Positions 27,610 through 38,905 of a stretch of 55,269 bases of DNA are shown one piece after another. The position numbers were made by a program, and so were the translations under genes. Origin of the DNA: Verrucomicrobiales bacterium (lineage in GTDB: Bacteria; Verrucomicrobiota; Verrucomicrobiia; Verrucomicrobiales; V1-33); assembly GCA_031411295.1 (NCBI GenBank), contig JANOAV010000164.1, positions 1 through 55,269 of the forward strand. Reading direction: 5' to 3'. Every line of letters starts with the position of its first letter. Position 1 is the first letter of the stretch. A model generated the notes under the pieces. That model was not told where the DNA came from, searched no databases, and was given only the letters and a program-made list of their open reading frames with translations.

Positions 27610-29679
27610 ATGCGACGTTCCCTGACCATCCTGATTATTTGCGCCCTTTGCACCGTGCCCGTGCTGTGGTTGTCGTCCCGTGGGTTCGTGCCGCTGCAGC
27701 AGTTGGAGTTTTTCGCGCAAGATTGGCAGGCTCGGCTGGGGCGCAAAACGCCGCAGAACGACAAGCTCATGCTCATTGGGATTGATAAACCAATTTATGC
27801 GGCGGACTTCAATGAGGAGGAATTGCAGGTCGAACCAGTGCTGCGGGAGCTGCAACACGATTTCCCGTGGTCCCGGAAGGTCTGGGCTCGGGTGATTGAT
27901 AAGCTGGCGGCTAGTGGGGCCAAGGTCATCGTCCTTGATATCGTGTTCGCAGCGGAGAACGAGGGTGATGAGGCTTTACAGCAGGCGATCGAAAGGCACC
28001 GGGATCGGGTCGTCATCGGCTATAACATCAGCTTGGGGGAAACTGAGCGCGGTGAATTCAGCGAACTGTTATTGCCCAACCCGACCCTGCTGCCAGCAGC
28101 CACTGGCGGGTCACCGGTGACGGATGAGCGACTGGGCTACGTGAATATCTGGCCGGACTTCGATGACACATTGCGGCGCGTGGCCTTCCGGCAGACGAGG
28201 GCGCAAGCGGGCTACACAGTGCCGGAAGGTGTGGTGCTGGAATCGCTGGCGGCACGCACGCTGCGGAAATTGGGCCGTGCGCCTGACCTTCCGGATGATT
28301 TCGACTCCCGCCGATTTCGCTACACGGCAGAGGCCGGAGTGGCCTTCAAACCGCGTCCGGTGGGCGAAATTCTTTCACCAAAACTATGGGCCGCGAATTG
28401 TGAAAACGGGCGGATCTTCGCTGACAAAATCGTGCTCATCGGACCGACGGCTGCGATCTTTCACGATGAACATAGCACTCCGTTCACCAACCCCAAACAG
28501 ATGAGTGGCCCAGAGATCCATTTACAGTTTATGAATGCGGCCCTGCAGGGCGAGTTTCTGCGCGAACCAGGGCGGAGTGTGGCCCTCCTGCTCATGGCCA
28601 TTGCCGGAGCACTCGCTGCGGGATTTTGCTTTCTGATTCGCGCGCCGGGGAAACGCTTGCTGGCTGTTGCTGCGGTGGGGGTGGGTTGCCTCTGGACGAG
28701 CCATTTACTGTATAATCACGGCGGTTGGGTGCTGCCGACGGCAGGACCACTGCTGATCTTGGCGCTTTGTAGTCTGGCGGCATTTAGTTACGATTTTGTG
28801 CTGGAACGACTGGAGCGCATGAAGCTCCGCAACACCATGGGGCTGTATTTCTCTCCGCGAGTGCTGGAAGCCGTGCTCGCGGACCCCGGATCCATGGAGC
28901 CACGGCGGGCGGAGGTCACGATGCTGCTCACGGATCTGCGCAATTCCACCCCATTGGCCGAACTGCTAGGACCGCAGGGAATGTTTGCTCTACTGAATCG
29001 TGTTTTCGCTGCTCAGACTGCTGCCATCATGGCCGAGGAGGGCAATCTGGAACACTTTTTGGGGGATCAGTTTCTAAGTTACTGGGGTGCCCCGCAGCCG
29101 CAGTTGCACGCACCAGAGCGGGCCTGGCGCGCCGCGTTGCAATTGATCACCTCCATGGAGTCCATCCGCCCCACGCTGAGTGCCGAGGTCCAAGCTTTGT
29201 TCGGATATGGCGTGGCTCTGCACGGTGGCAGCGTGATGGTGGGAAACAAGGGCTCCGCGCAACACCTGGACTACGGACTGGTGGGTGACACCGTCAATGA
29301 GGCGGCCCGCATCGAGGCCCTAACTAAAACGTATGGAGTTCCACTGCTGGTCTCTGGGGTCATCTTTGGTCACCTTAGTGCACCAGGAGCGCATCGGTTA
29401 GTGGATTCGGTCATTGTCAAAGGCAAGAGTGAGGTGGTGACGCTTTATGAATGTGAATGCAGTTGCTCGCCACCGGAGTTTGCCGGGATTTGTCCGCTCT
29501 ATGAGGCCGCTTTTGCCGATTATGCGGCGGGGCGCTTTCAGATGGCGCAGGCTAAGTTTGAAATTTTAGTGCAGGAGTTTGCAGATGGTCCCGCTCGCTT
29601 GCTGGCGGCCCGCTGTGCCCGCCTCCAACTGCAACCCCCCGAAGTTTGGGATGGGATTTGGAGCATGGCGGAGAAATAG
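27610..29679 (+). CDS. CHASE2-domain class III nucleotidyl cyclase
   Basis: CHASE2 'FPWSR..WARVI..L...GAKVIVLDIVF', three TMs, cyclase TDLRNST / FLGD / GDTVNEAARIE. Confidence 0.9.
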   Translation: MRRSLTILIICALCTVPVLWLSSRGFVPLQQLEFFAQDWQARLGRKTPQNDKLMLIGIDKPIYAADFNEEELQVEPVLRELQHDFPWSRKVWARVIDKLAASGAKVIVLDIVFAAENEGDEALQQAIERHRDRVVIGYNISLGETERGEFSELLLPNPTLLPAATGGSPVTDERLGYVNIWPDFDDTLRRVAFRQTRAQAGYTVPEGVVLESLAARTLRKLGRAPDLPDDFDSRRFRYTAEAGVAFKPRPVGEILSPKLWAANCENGRIFADKIVLIGPTAAIFHDEHSTPFTNPKQMSGPEIHLQFMNAALQGEFLREPGRSVALLLMAIAGALAAGFCFLIRAPGKRLLAVAAVGVGCLWTSHLLYNHGGWVLPTAGPLLILALCSLAAFSYDFVLERLERMKLRNTMGLYFSPRVLEAVLADPGSMEPRRAEVTMLLTDLRNSTPLAELLGPQGMFALLNRVFAAQTAAIMAEEGNLEHFLGDQFLSYWGAPQPQLHAPERAWRAALQLITSMESIRPTLSAEVQALFGYGVALHGGSVMVGNKGSAQHLDYGLVGDTVNEAARIEALTKTYGVPLLVSGVIFGHLSAPGAHRLVDSVIVKGKSEVVTLYECECSCSPPEFAGICPLYEAAFADYAAGRFQMAQAKFEILVQEFADGPARLLAARCARLQLQPPEVWDGIWSMAEK

Positions 29680-29744
29680 CTCGAATGCGGCACTCTGCAG
29701 GAAGAGAGTTGACGACCCAAGGCAAAACCTCCTATGTTGCCATT

Positions 29745-31988
29745 GTGGATAAATCAGGACCGCACCTACCGCGCCCCACTGGCGCAGGAATTCCGAAGCA
29801 GCCTTCAGGCATCGGTCTCATTGCGCGTCATACGACCGCGGCGTTGCGGATGCGTTGGGGCTTGGGGTTGCTCATTTTAGTGGGCTTATTGATCGAAATG
29901 GGTTTCACGGCGGCGGTGCCGTTGAGTTTCAAATACCTTGTGGATTATGCCATCATTCCCAAAAACGAGGCGATGCTCATCGCGATTCTGGCAGCGTTGT
30001 CCGGCGGCCTGGTGGTGGCTTCCGCCGCAGGGTTGGGACTGGATTATCTTTATGCGAAGTTTTCCACTGGGCTATTGAACGATTTGCGTTGGAAGATGTT
30101 TTCGCATCTCCAGCGCCTGTCCTCCGGCTTCTTTGCTCGCACCGAAGCATCGGATCTCGTGATCCGATTTTCCAATGACCTTTCGTCGTTCGAACACGCC
30201 CAGCAACAGGCCTTGGACGAGTGCGCGCAACCGGTGCTCAATGCCGCTCTGAGCGCCATTCTGCTCCTGACCCTCGATTGGCGTTTGGGGCTGCTCGCCC
30301 TGCTCGCGCTGCCAGCGTGTATGATCGGGCCCCGGCTCATCACGTCCCGGGCGACGGCGGCAGGCTACGAGAAAAAGCAGAACGAATCGCAAACCGCAGC
30401 CACCGTTCAGGAGACCATTGCCACCCAGCCTCTCATCAAAGCTTTCAGTCTCGAAAAATCGGTGCTGGCACGTTTTGCGGAACGACTCGCGCGGCAGGGC
30501 TCAGCGAGCCTCCGAGTTGGCTTTCTCAGTTCGTTGATTGAACGCACAGCTTTCATCGGCACTCTGATTGTGCAAGTATTGGTGCTGGCGGTGGGGGGCT
30601 ACATGGCGTTGCGCGACGAGCTTTCAATCGGCTCACTGGCGGCATTTCAGGCGCTGTTTGGCAATCTCATCGAAGCCCTCGCGGCCTCGACCCACTACTA
30701 TCCCACGCTAGTGCAAGCCGGGGCCGGCATGAAGAGAATCCAAGACTTGCTTGATCAACCGCCGGAGCTGGCTGATCCCGCGGGAGCGACGGAGCTGCCG
30801 CGGTTGGCGGAAACGATCACCTTCGAGCAGGTGAAGTTCGGCTATTCTGCGGAGCGGCTGAATCTGGATGAGCTTAGTCTCACCATCCCCGCGGGAGCAT
30901 CCGTCGCCTTCGTCGGCCCGAGCGGTTCCGGCAAAAGCACAGTGCTGACATTGCTGACGCGCTTCTATGAACCGCTGGAAGGGAAGGTGATCATCGATGG
31001 GCGTGATCTCCGCAGTGTCTCCCGTGAATCCTGGCGTAATCAACTCGGCATCGTTTTCCAAGATAGCATCCTCTTCAACACCAGCATCCGAGAGAATATC
31101 AGGATGGGAAAACTCGGGGCCTCTGATTCCGAAATTGAACACGTCGCCCGGATGGCGGAGTTGCACGAGGCTATCCTCGCCATGCCGGAAGGTTATGAGA
31201 CCCCGGTGGGAGAACGTGGCGCACGGCTTTCCGGTGGCCAGCGGCAGCGGATCGCCATTGCGCGCGCCCTCCTGCGTGATCCGGCGGTGCTGGTCCTGGA
31301 TGAGGCCACCTCCGCGCTGGATGCCGCCACGGAAGCCTCTATTAATCACGCGTTGGAACGCGCTGGCCAAGGACGATCCGTCATCTCCGTGACGCACCGG
31401 TTGGCGGCCGTCATCAAGATGGATCACATTTTCGTGATGGAAGGTGGGCGCTTAATCGAGCAGGGGCGGCATGCCGAACTCCTAGCGCTGGGTGGGACCT
31501 ATGCGCGGCTTTGGGAAAAGCAAAGTGGCTTCACCATCGAGGAGAGCGGCGGCGCCAAGGTGGAAGGCTCCCGCTTGCAAGCCATCCCCATGTTGCAGGG
31601 CCTGGGGCAGGATGAACTAACGGCCCTCGCTGAGTTGTTCATTACGGACCGCTGCCCCGCAGATCGTGAGGTTTTCCGCCAGGGTGATCCAGGCGACAGA
31701 TTCTATTTGATTGTGCGCGGCCGACTTACCGTGTGGGTCAAAACGCCCGATGGCGGAGAGCAAAAAGTCCGCACGATGGATGATGGTGACTACTTCGGTG
31801 AGATCGCACTGATGGAGAACACCACGCGCACGGCCACTGTGAGAACGAGCACGGACTGCATTTTCCTAACCCTGGCGCGGGATCAGTTTCTCAAGCTGCT
31901 GGAACACCAGCCAAAACTCCGGCAATCAGTGCAACAGGTCGTGGCCGAGCGCCTTAAAACCTCGGATGCAGTGCTGAAACGGAATTGA
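29745..31988 (+). CDS. ABC exporter (TMD+NBD) with a C-terminal cNMP-binding domain
   Basis: GPSGSGKS, LSGGQRQR, LDEATSALD; C-terminal 'FRQGDPGDRFYLI...YFGEIALM...RTATV'. Start uncertain (GTG 29745). Confidence 0.9.
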   Translation: MDKSGPHLPRPTGAGIPKQPSGIGLIARHTTAALRMRWGLGLLILVGLLIEMGFTAAVPLSFKYLVDYAIIPKNEAMLIAILAALSGGLVVASAAGLGLDYLYAKFSTGLLNDLRWKMFSHLQRLSSGFFARTEASDLVIRFSNDLSSFEHAQQQALDECAQPVLNAALSAILLLTLDWRLGLLALLALPACMIGPRLITSRATAAGYEKKQNESQTAATVQETIATQPLIKAFSLEKSVLARFAERLARQGSASLRVGFLSSLIERTAFIGTLIVQVLVLAVGGYMALRDELSIGSLAAFQALFGNLIEALAASTHYYPTLVQAGAGMKRIQDLLDQPPELADPAGATELPRLAETITFEQVKFGYSAERLNLDELSLTIPAGASVAFVGPSGSGKSTVLTLLTRFYEPLEGKVIIDGRDLRSVSRESWRNQLGIVFQDSILFNTSIRENIRMGKLGASDSEIEHVARMAELHEAILAMPEGYETPVGERGARLSGGQRQRIAIARALLRDPAVLVLDEATSALDAATEASINHALERAGQGRSVISVTHRLAAVIKMDHIFVMEGGRLIEQGRHAELLALGGTYARLWEKQSGFTIEESGGAKVEGSRLQAIPMLQGLGQDELTALAELFITDRCPADREVFRQGDPGDRFYLIVRGRLTVWVKTPDGGEQKVRTMDDGDYFGEIALMENTTRTATVRTSTDCIFLTLARDQFLKLLEHQPKLRQSVQQVVAERLKTSDAVLKRN

Positions 31989-32004
31989 ACAGAAAGCCTG
32001 GGTT

Positions 32005-32451
32005 TCAGAGCCAAGTCAGTGAGCACCAGTTGATAACCAAATGCAGCGTGTTATCCGCCACTATGAGCAGAGTGGGCGCCAGCCACGATGGCATATCATT
32101 CGGATAGCCCGTGGCGGCACAGTTTTTCCAAGCTAAGCGCCGACGGTCAGTTCGCCATTCCTCCAAGCGCCCGGCATCGCGCAAACACCAGCAAAGAACT
32201 CTTTCTGGCCACAGTCCCAGCACAATATTCTTGGCCCAGACGAGGTGCCGCGCCAGTCCGAAACGATCTATGATCAAGTGCGTGCCGCAAATCGTGGTCC
32301 AGGCCAGCCACGACGGCTGGAGCAGAAGAAAGGGCAGCGCATAGACGGTCGCATGAATACTAGCCCAGAACGTGGAGGTGCGTTTTTTCACCCCCATGTG
32401 TTCACTCTGAAGGAGGTAATCACCGACAAGATGCAGGAGTAGTTGTTGCAT
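32005..32451 (-). CDS. DUF3307-like membrane protein
   Basis: HLVGDYLLQ...H..Y...HLIID...DNTLH. Confidence 0.75.
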   Translation of the reverse strand: MQQLLLHLVGDYLLQSEHMGVKKRTSTFWASIHATVYALPFLLLQPSWLAWTTICGTHLIIDRFGLARHLVWAKNIVLGLWPERVLCWCLRDAGRLEEWRTDRRRLAWKNCAATGYPNDMPSWLAPTLLIVADNTLHLVINWCSLTWL

Positions 32452-32475
32452 GGGGCGGTTAGGGAGACGGACGTT

Positions 32476-33999
32476 TTAGCGTCGGCGTGCCAACCCGAAG
32501 CCAGCCAAGACTAATGTGAGTGTGAGGGCAGTGGTCGGCTCCGGGACGATGGGCATGCCGGTGGCTTGGACGGCAAACATGGCAGGGTAAAGGCTGGCGT
32601 TCGGCCCGCAGTCCACCCCAGGAACGTTACCGAAAACTAACCCATCGCCAATGGTCCATCCTGCCAGGCCCGTTTCCGCAATGCTGCCCGCCGTGCTCCG
32701 CCAGGAGTAGCCGCCAGAGAGCGAAGAGGCCGTAATCCAATAGGTCTTGCCGGCCACCAGAACCAGCGCCATATCAGGGTTGAAGGCATAGTTTGCTTCC
32801 CCCACCCCAGGCTCGGGGCCGCTAAAGGAACCAATGGTGGCACCGATCATGCCCGCCGCATCCGCATGCAGCTTGACGGCTAAATCGTGTGCCGTGGTCC
32901 CGGTGGTGAACAACCTCAATTCGAGGCTGTCGAGAGTCCACGCAGGATAGTCACTACCAACGGTGAAACTCATTCCCACGCATTGCGCACCATGCACATC
33001 GTAGCCGCTGGAGCTACTAGGCTGTCCGAGATTGGTGACGGTAGCGACCGGGGTCGATGGAGTGGGAGCGGGTGGTGCTGCGGTCCTCCTGACAGGTCGA
33101 GAAGGCAGGGAGCCCAGTGAACCAGCTCCCATGAAGGAATTGCTGCTGGGAAGACCGCGTGCTCTCGTTTGACGAAACCCAAATTCGCTGAGCCAATCAC
33201 CTCCTGATCCCGCTGGGGAGCCGACTGCGGACTGACTCTTCACCTCCAAGCCAAAGCCCGCAATGTCTGAGGAAATGAGATTGGTCAGACTGCCTTCAGC
33301 GATCTGGCGGTTTTGTTCCTGCGCTGCGGACTCAATTTGCGGAAGCGAGGATAACGTGTTAACAAATCCTGAGACTAATTCCAAACTTGCGGCCATCGCC
33401 CCCAGATCGAAATTCTGCACCTCCCCAAGGCGAGTTCCGTCCGCGCTCACCGTCAGCGTTTGGCCGGGCCCCAGCACCACCGACAGACCATTCTTCAGAG
33501 TCACTTTAACGTGACCTTCGAGGTCCATCACCTTGAAACTGCCATCGCGCAGCACAGTCGCAATCTCGGTGGTTCCTAACACCGCTGCGGAGGTCCCACG
33601 GTTCTTGATCGCTCCGCCGCCCGCTCCTTTCGGTGAATGAAACAGCACGCTGCCCTCATGCAATTGAATATCCCTGCCACCCTGAGCGAAAGTGAACACG
33701 GTGTTCGCCCCGATCCTCGTAATCGTGCGATCCTTGGCGGTCAACTCCACGCGAGAGGCCTGCCCTGTCCGCACTAAGTCCGGAGACTTAAACAGCATGT
33801 TTGTCTCGGCGGGAACCTCGACCTTATTAGCTGCCCCGATCACTTTCGCCTCCTGAATAATTTCGGTGAACGTGCTTTCCGTAAGCGGGAGTGGCGACCC
33901 CGGTGCGCCACTAGCAATAAGCCAACATCCTGCCACGCGGAGCACTCTTCGCCCCCAGGAGGAGTGAGCACTCGAAATCACGAAAGGAACGGAGACCAT
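32476..33999 (-). CDS. FecR-domain protein with a PEP-CTERM sorting signal
   Basis: DLVRTGQASRVEL...RIGANT...AAVLGT (FecR); C-terminal VPEP-TM-RRR. Confidence 0.85.
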   Translation of the reverse strand: MVSVPFVISSAHSSWGRRVLRVAGCWLIASGAPGSPLPLTESTFTEIIQEAKVIGAANKVEVPAETNMLFKSPDLVRTGQASRVELTAKDRTITRIGANTVFTFAQGGRDIQLHEGSVLFHSPKGAGGGAIKNRGTSAAVLGTTEIATVLRDGSFKVMDLEGHVKVTLKNGLSVVLGPGQTLTVSADGTRLGEVQNFDLGAMAASLELVSGFVNTLSSLPQIESAAQEQNRQIAEGSLTNLISSDIAGFGLEVKSQSAVGSPAGSGGDWLSEFGFRQTRARGLPSSNSFMGAGSLGSLPSRPVRRTAAPPAPTPSTPVATVTNLGQPSSSSGYDVHGAQCVGMSFTVGSDYPAWTLDSLELRLFTTGTTAHDLAVKLHADAAGMIGATIGSFSGPEPGVGEANYAFNPDMALVLVAGKTYWITASSLSGGYSWRSTAGSIAETGLAGWTIGDGLVFGNVPGVDCGPNASLYPAMFAVQATGMPIVPEPTTALTLTLVLAGFGLARRR

Positions 34000-34108
34000 G
34001 CCCCATATTGACCGCGCCAGGCTTGGCAGGCAACTCTTTTCTTAGACGTGATGGATCGTCGCGCGACTACGCAGGCAACGCCTCTAAGGGGGGGCAAAAG
34101 TGACCGCG

Positions 34109-35461
34109 CTATGGTGCAGCTGCTTTCAATTCCGCAAAGCGCTGACGCATTTCTGCCAACTGTGCTTTCTGAGAGGGGTCAGCCACCAGATCCTTTTCCT
34201 CCATGGGGTCTTCGCTAACATGGAATAATTGTTCCGTGTCGTAGTCCGGCCAGTAGAAGTATTTGTAGTCCTTCCGCACCAGCGCTTGGGAGGACGGGAT
34301 GAATTTGATGTTCTTGATAGTGGCGTGCTCGTAGAAGAACTCGGTGCGCCAGGCTGGTCTCTCCTTCGCCAAGTAAAGCGGGGCAATGTCCCGGCCCTGC
34401 ATCGTCTTGGGTGCGGAAATTTTGGCGGCCCCCAGAATGGTGGGAGCCAGATCAACGTTGAGGGTAAACTCATCGTTCGTCTTGCCCTGCTGGGTTGCGG
34501 CCATGCGCGGATCACGGATAATCAACGGGACGCGGATGCTTTCCTGATGGGGATACCATTTGTCAGCCAGGCCGTGTTCCGCATGGTAGTATCCGTTATC
34601 TCCGGTGAAAATCACCAGCGTGTTATCCAGCGCCCCCTGCTTCTGCAATTCGGCCAGCACTTTACCACAGGTGGTGTCCACCTCGGTAGCTAGCCGATAG
34701 TAATTCTTCATCATCGTCTGGTATTTCTCAGGGCTATCGAAACGCCAATGCCAACGGACCCGACCTTCGTTCTGCTCATTGGCAATGAACGATGGCAGGC
34801 GATGGAAGGATTCATCCGTGGCGTTGGCCGGCACAGGGATGGTGACATCCTTGTATAGTTCCATGCTCTGCGGTTGCGGTAAATACTGCAGCGGATTTCC
34901 GTCTTCCGCGTGGGTGGCGAAGAACGCTAACGTGAGGCAGAAGGGCTTGTCCTGAGGCCGCGTGCGCAGGAATTCCAGGCTGTCGTTCTCATTCTTTTGG
35001 GTCACGTGGATCTTGGTGCCATCCTTTTCCTTGATCCAATGCGTGCCAGAATAGGCGCGGCCGAAATCGAAATTCTCTGCGGGGAATTTTCCGTTATGCC
35101 ACTTGCCAACGTGGCCCACGAAATACCCATTGCTGCGCAGTAATCCGGGATACGTCTGCTCCCACGGCGTCTTCCAAGCTGCAAAAGCCTCGTTCCCATG
35201 CCGGGACATCCATTGCCCGGTCATCAGCGTGGCACGACTCACGCCGCAAATGGCCGTGGTCACGCAGTTCTGCGTGAAACGATGTCCCGCTCCCGCCAAT
35301 CGATCCAAGTTAGGAGTCTGCACGATTTTATTTCCGGCAACGCCCAAGGTATCGAATCGCCAATCGTCCGCCAGCAGCACGAGAATGTTCATGGGCTTCT
35401 CCGCAGCCAGAGCGGTTCCGGCTAGGGAGCATACAAGGAAAAGAAGGTGAGTGAGTTTCAT
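34109..35461 (-). CDS. Sulfatase (FGly-dependent, S1)
   Basis: Signal peptide, [28 protein letters not shown]. Confidence 0.93.
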   Translation of the reverse strand: MKLTHLLFLVCSLAGTALAAEKPMNILVLLADDWRFDTLGVAGNKIVQTPNLDRLAGAGHRFTQNCVTTAICGVSRATLMTGQWMSRHGNEAFAAWKTPWEQTYPGLLRSNGYFVGHVGKWHNGKFPAENFDFGRAYSGTHWIKEKDGTKIHVTQKNENDSLEFLRTRPQDKPFCLTLAFFATHAEDGNPLQYLPQPQSMELYKDVTIPVPANATDESFHRLPSFIANEQNEGRVRWHWRFDSPEKYQTMMKNYYRLATEVDTTCGKVLAELQKQGALDNTLVIFTGDNGYYHAEHGLADKWYPHQESIRVPLIIRDPRMAATQQGKTNDEFTLNVDLAPTILGAAKISAPKTMQGRDIAPLYLAKERPAWRTEFFYEHATIKNIKFIPSSQALVRKDYKYFYWPDYDTEQLFHVSEDPMEEKDLVADPSQKAQLAEMRQRFAELKAAAP

Positions 35462-37050
35462 GGTTTGGTCTTGGTTTGATTGAGAATGGGCATGCGATCC
35501 GCCAGTTTATCTGGCATCGCGCTTGGTCGATAAGGAGCTCCTGAGCCACGGTCACCTTGGGGTTTGTAGTGTTGGCTGCCCTGGGCAGGCTCGGGCGTGT
35601 AAGTGCGCTTGCCGCTTTCCTGCTGCCACCAGGTATTCCAACGCGCGCTAAGGTCCGCCACGATTTCTGGCTTCGTGCTAGCGATGTTGTGGTTTTCAAA
35701 CGGATCAGTGCTGGGCTGGTAGAGTTCCCAGCCAGCTCCATCCACTTCAGCTAGAGTCCACTCAGCGGTGCGAATGGCGCGATTGTCCAAGTATTGGAAG
35801 AACAGAGGGGACGCGCGCGGTGTGGGCTTTCCTCGCAGCAGTGGCAGGAAGGATTCGCCTGCCGGTGCTTGCAGCAAAGGAGCTTTAGCTAGTTGCAAAA
35901 ACGTCGGCAGCACATCGACCATGTGAACGGGCGAGGATTCGATGCGACCGGCTTTGCCCAGCCCGCCGCTCGGCCACCAAGCGATGGCTCCCGTGGTGAT
36001 GCCACCGCCATGCTGACTGATTTTATAGAGGCGCCAGGGAGTCACACTGGCATACGCCCAGCCAGTGCCGAGTTGCCAGTTGGAGGCGCGATCCCCCGGC
36101 AACTTGGATTGCTGCAACATCGCCTCGTCCACCACCGAAAAGGAATCCGCACCATTGTCGCTGAGAAACAGGATCATCGTGTTGTCCTCCCGGCCCGCCT
36201 CCCGCAGCGTTCGTAGAATCCGGCCAATGCCCTGATCCATCTGCTCCACCATGGCGGCATAGGTGGCCATCCGGAGGTCTTCCAGATCTCGTTGCGCAGG
36301 AGTTAGGGTTTCCCATTTTGGTAAATTCTGCGGTGCGTCTGGCAGCGTAGAACTAGCAGGAAAGATGCCCATTTCCTGTTGGCGACGGAACCTGGCTTCA
36401 CGAATCGCCTGCCAGCCAGCGGTATAGTTTCCCCGATGCTTGGCGATCTCCTGGGCCGGTGCTTGCAGGGGATTGTGCGGGGCCTGATAGCTCAGATAGA
36501 GAAAGAAAGGTTTGTCCGCCGGGGTGGATTTGATGAACTGGGAAGCCCGCTCGGTAAAGGCATCGGTGCTGTAGTAATCTGGCCCAAATCTTTTGTATGG
36601 CTCCCGATCCAAGCGGTAACTGGGCGCTCCGCTAAAATGATCCGCAAAGCCAGCCAGGAAGCCGTAGAAATGATCGAACCCACGATCCATCGGATCCCCG
36701 TCCAGATGCCATTTACCAATCAGGGCCGTGCGATAATTGGCCCCATGCAGCAACTCGGAAAGCAGCGGGGTCTTGCCAAATTTAGGTAATGCGTTCGGCC
36801 ACCATTTTCCAGTCAACATCATGGCGCGGGAGACCACACACATGCCTCCATTGTGGAATCGCGTGAGCCGAACCCCTTCGCTGGCCAACCGATTCAGCGC
36901 TGGGGTCGCTAACTCTCCACCGAAACAACCGGGGTCGCTGTAACCCATATCATCTGCGAGGATGATAATGAGATTCGGCGGCAGGGCGGCACGCGCAATG
37001 CTGCCGCACAGCAGGAAAAGTAAGAGGACAAAATTTGGCATGAATGACAT
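35458..37050 (-). CDS. Arylsulfatase
   Basis: [35 protein letters not shown]. Confidence 0.93.
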   Translation of the reverse strand: MSFMPNFVLLLFLLCGSIARAALPPNLIIILADDMGYSDPGCFGGELATPALNRLASEGVRLTRFHNGGMCVVSRAMMLTGKWWPNALPKFGKTPLLSELLHGANYRTALIGKWHLDGDPMDRGFDHFYGFLAGFADHFSGAPSYRLDREPYKRFGPDYYSTDAFTERASQFIKSTPADKPFFLYLSYQAPHNPLQAPAQEIAKHRGNYTAGWQAIREARFRRQQEMGIFPASSTLPDAPQNLPKWETLTPAQRDLEDLRMATYAAMVEQMDQGIGRILRTLREAGREDNTMILFLSDNGADSFSVVDEAMLQQSKLPGDRASNWQLGTGWAYASVTPWRLYKISQHGGGITTGAIAWWPSGGLGKAGRIESSPVHMVDVLPTFLQLAKAPLLQAPAGESFLPLLRGKPTPRASPLFFQYLDNRAIRTAEWTLAEVDGAGWELYQPSTDPFENHNIASTKPEIVADLSARWNTWWQQESGKRTYTPEPAQGSQHYKPQGDRGSGAPYRPSAMPDKLADRMPILNQTKTKP

Positions 37051-37255
37051 GAAGTCGGACTAATTCCGCCGAGCGCAAACGCCTTTGGAGGTCATCACGC
37101 TCTTGCGCAAGCATTAGCCACCTAATTGTTGGCGGAAAATGTGACCAAGGGGTTCGTGCTCATGGGCTCGGAACCTCTGGCCGTAGCCACCGAAGAGGAA
37201 CCACCGAAGGCTAAAAAATGATTGCTAAGAAAGCGACCACCACGGAGGATTCGGC

Positions 37256-37999
37256 ATGAGCACCATCGGTCACCAGTTTCAGCTTCGACGCGTCTCCCCC
37301 GTCTTGTGGGTTATCGGCCTGGGGGCTGTGGCGCTGGTGGCATTCCAGCCAGCTACGACCGGCATTAGTAAATGTTGCTTTCTGGCACTGCTCTTCGGTG
37401 GCTTGATCACGAGCTTGTGGCTGCTGAGGAGACATCGCAAAACGTGCCTCACGATAGCCGCGCTGGTCATCGGCTCAGTGATCACCCTCACCTGCTTTTC
37501 CTGGAGCATTCGCACCCAGCCAGCGGACCTCCGGAAGGCTTACATCAAGCATTTACTAACGTATGAAGGTTGCAATTATTATTGGGGCGGGGAATGGCGC
37601 GGAGGCATCGACTGCTCCGGCCTGATGCGACGCGGCATGATTGATGCCTGCATGGACCTGGGGATTTCCCGGCTGGATCTGGGATTGATCCAGCAGGCAA
37701 TTTCCTGGTGGTGGAATGATGTCAGCGCAGAGGCCATGGGCAAGGAATACGCCGGCTTGACGCGCAAGATTTCCGAGGTTCCGAAACTCAACACATTGGA
37801 TCACCACGGTCTCGAACCTGGCATCATTGCGGTAACTCAAGGTGGGCATCACGTGATGGCTTACATCGGTGAGGAGCGCTGGATCGAGGCGGATCCCAGT
37901 GAGGGAAAGGTCATCGTGGTGCACGCTCCCAGCACTGCGAATGGGTGGTTTCGGGGGCCTATGCGCCTGCTGGAATGGACGTTGCTCTCACCCAGATAA
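37256..37999 (+). CDS. Membrane-anchored NlpC/P60-family protein
   Basis: Y.WGGE...GIDCSGL and a downstream HVMAY; three N-terminal TMs. Confidence 0.8.
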   Translation: MSTIGHQFQLRRVSPVLWVIGLGAVALVAFQPATTGISKCCFLALLFGGLITSLWLLRRHRKTCLTIAALVIGSVITLTCFSWSIRTQPADLRKAYIKHLLTYEGCNYYWGGEWRGGIDCSGLMRRGMIDACMDLGISRLDLGLIQQAISWWWNDVSAEAMGKEYAGLTRKISEVPKLNTLDHHGLEPGIIAVTQGGHHVMAYIGEERWIEADPSEGKVIVVHAPSTANGWFRGPMRLLEWTLLSPR

Positions 38000-38059
38000 C
38001 CCGTGCTCACGGAAAGGAAGCCGATGTCTGGCGACCGATTTGCATGACAGGTTGGAGTT

Positions 38060-38905
38060 GTGAAATACTTCCTCTGTCTCCTATCATTCGTTCTGCTGCC
38101 GCTGGTCCGGTCTGCAGAAGTGCCCGGTCTCACGCTGGATCGCGAACAAAATTGGCTCATCATTCGGGGGCCGAATCTACCAGGTCGGGAAATTCGGATC
38201 AACTACCTGGAAGCTTACTGTCGTCCCGGTTCGACGGATGCCGACTGGGTGGCTCACACCGTGATCAAGCATACGAATGCCCTGGTGGCCTTGAGTGCTG
38301 ACCGGAAGTTGCTTCAGTTGCGCGACACCCTGACGGATGGGGTGATCGTGCATCATGCGATTACGGCAAACGCAGATGAAATCGATATCCGCATCGAAGC
38401 CAGCAATCCCACCAGTCAGGAATCCGAGGCGCACTGGGCGCAGCCGTGCATTCGACTAGCCGACTTCATGGGCATCGCGAAGGATGGTAAAGATCTCGAC
38501 GACTATCTGCCCAAAGCGTTCATTTTCCTGGACGGTAAGCTTAGTCGCATGTCCGCAATCACCCCTTGGAGCAAGCAGGCGCGATACACGCCTGGCCAGG
38601 TCTGGTGCCCTCCGTCCGTGCCGCGCACCGATGTCAATCCACGTCCGCTGAGTCCATTGGTGCCCAGCAATGGCTTGATCGGATGTTTCAGCGCAGATGA
38701 GAAAGTGATCTTTGCGGTGGCCTTCGATCCCTATCAGGAATTGTTTCAAGGCGTGGCACGCTGTCTGCATGCGGATTTTCGCATCGGCGGACTGAAGCCC
38801 GGAGAGAGTAAGCGCATTCATGGCAAAATTTACCTCGTGCCCAATGATGTCCCCACCTTGCTCGCACGCTATCAACACGACTTCCCCCATCACGTTTCCA
38901 AATGA
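38060..38905 (+). CDS. Secreted hypothetical protein
   Basis: Signal peptide; stop overlaps the next start (ATGA). Confidence 0.7.
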   Translation: MKYFLCLLSFVLLPLVRSAEVPGLTLDREQNWLIIRGPNLPGREIRINYLEAYCRPGSTDADWVAHTVIKHTNALVALSADRKLLQLRDTLTDGVIVHHAITANADEIDIRIEASNPTSQESEAHWAQPCIRLADFMGIAKDGKDLDDYLPKAFIFLDGKLSRMSAITPWSKQARYTPGQVWCPPSVPRTDVNPRPLSPLVPSNGLIGCFSADEKVIFAVAFDPYQELFQGVARCLHADFRIGGLKPGESKRIHGKIYLVPNDVPTLLARYQHDFPHHVSK

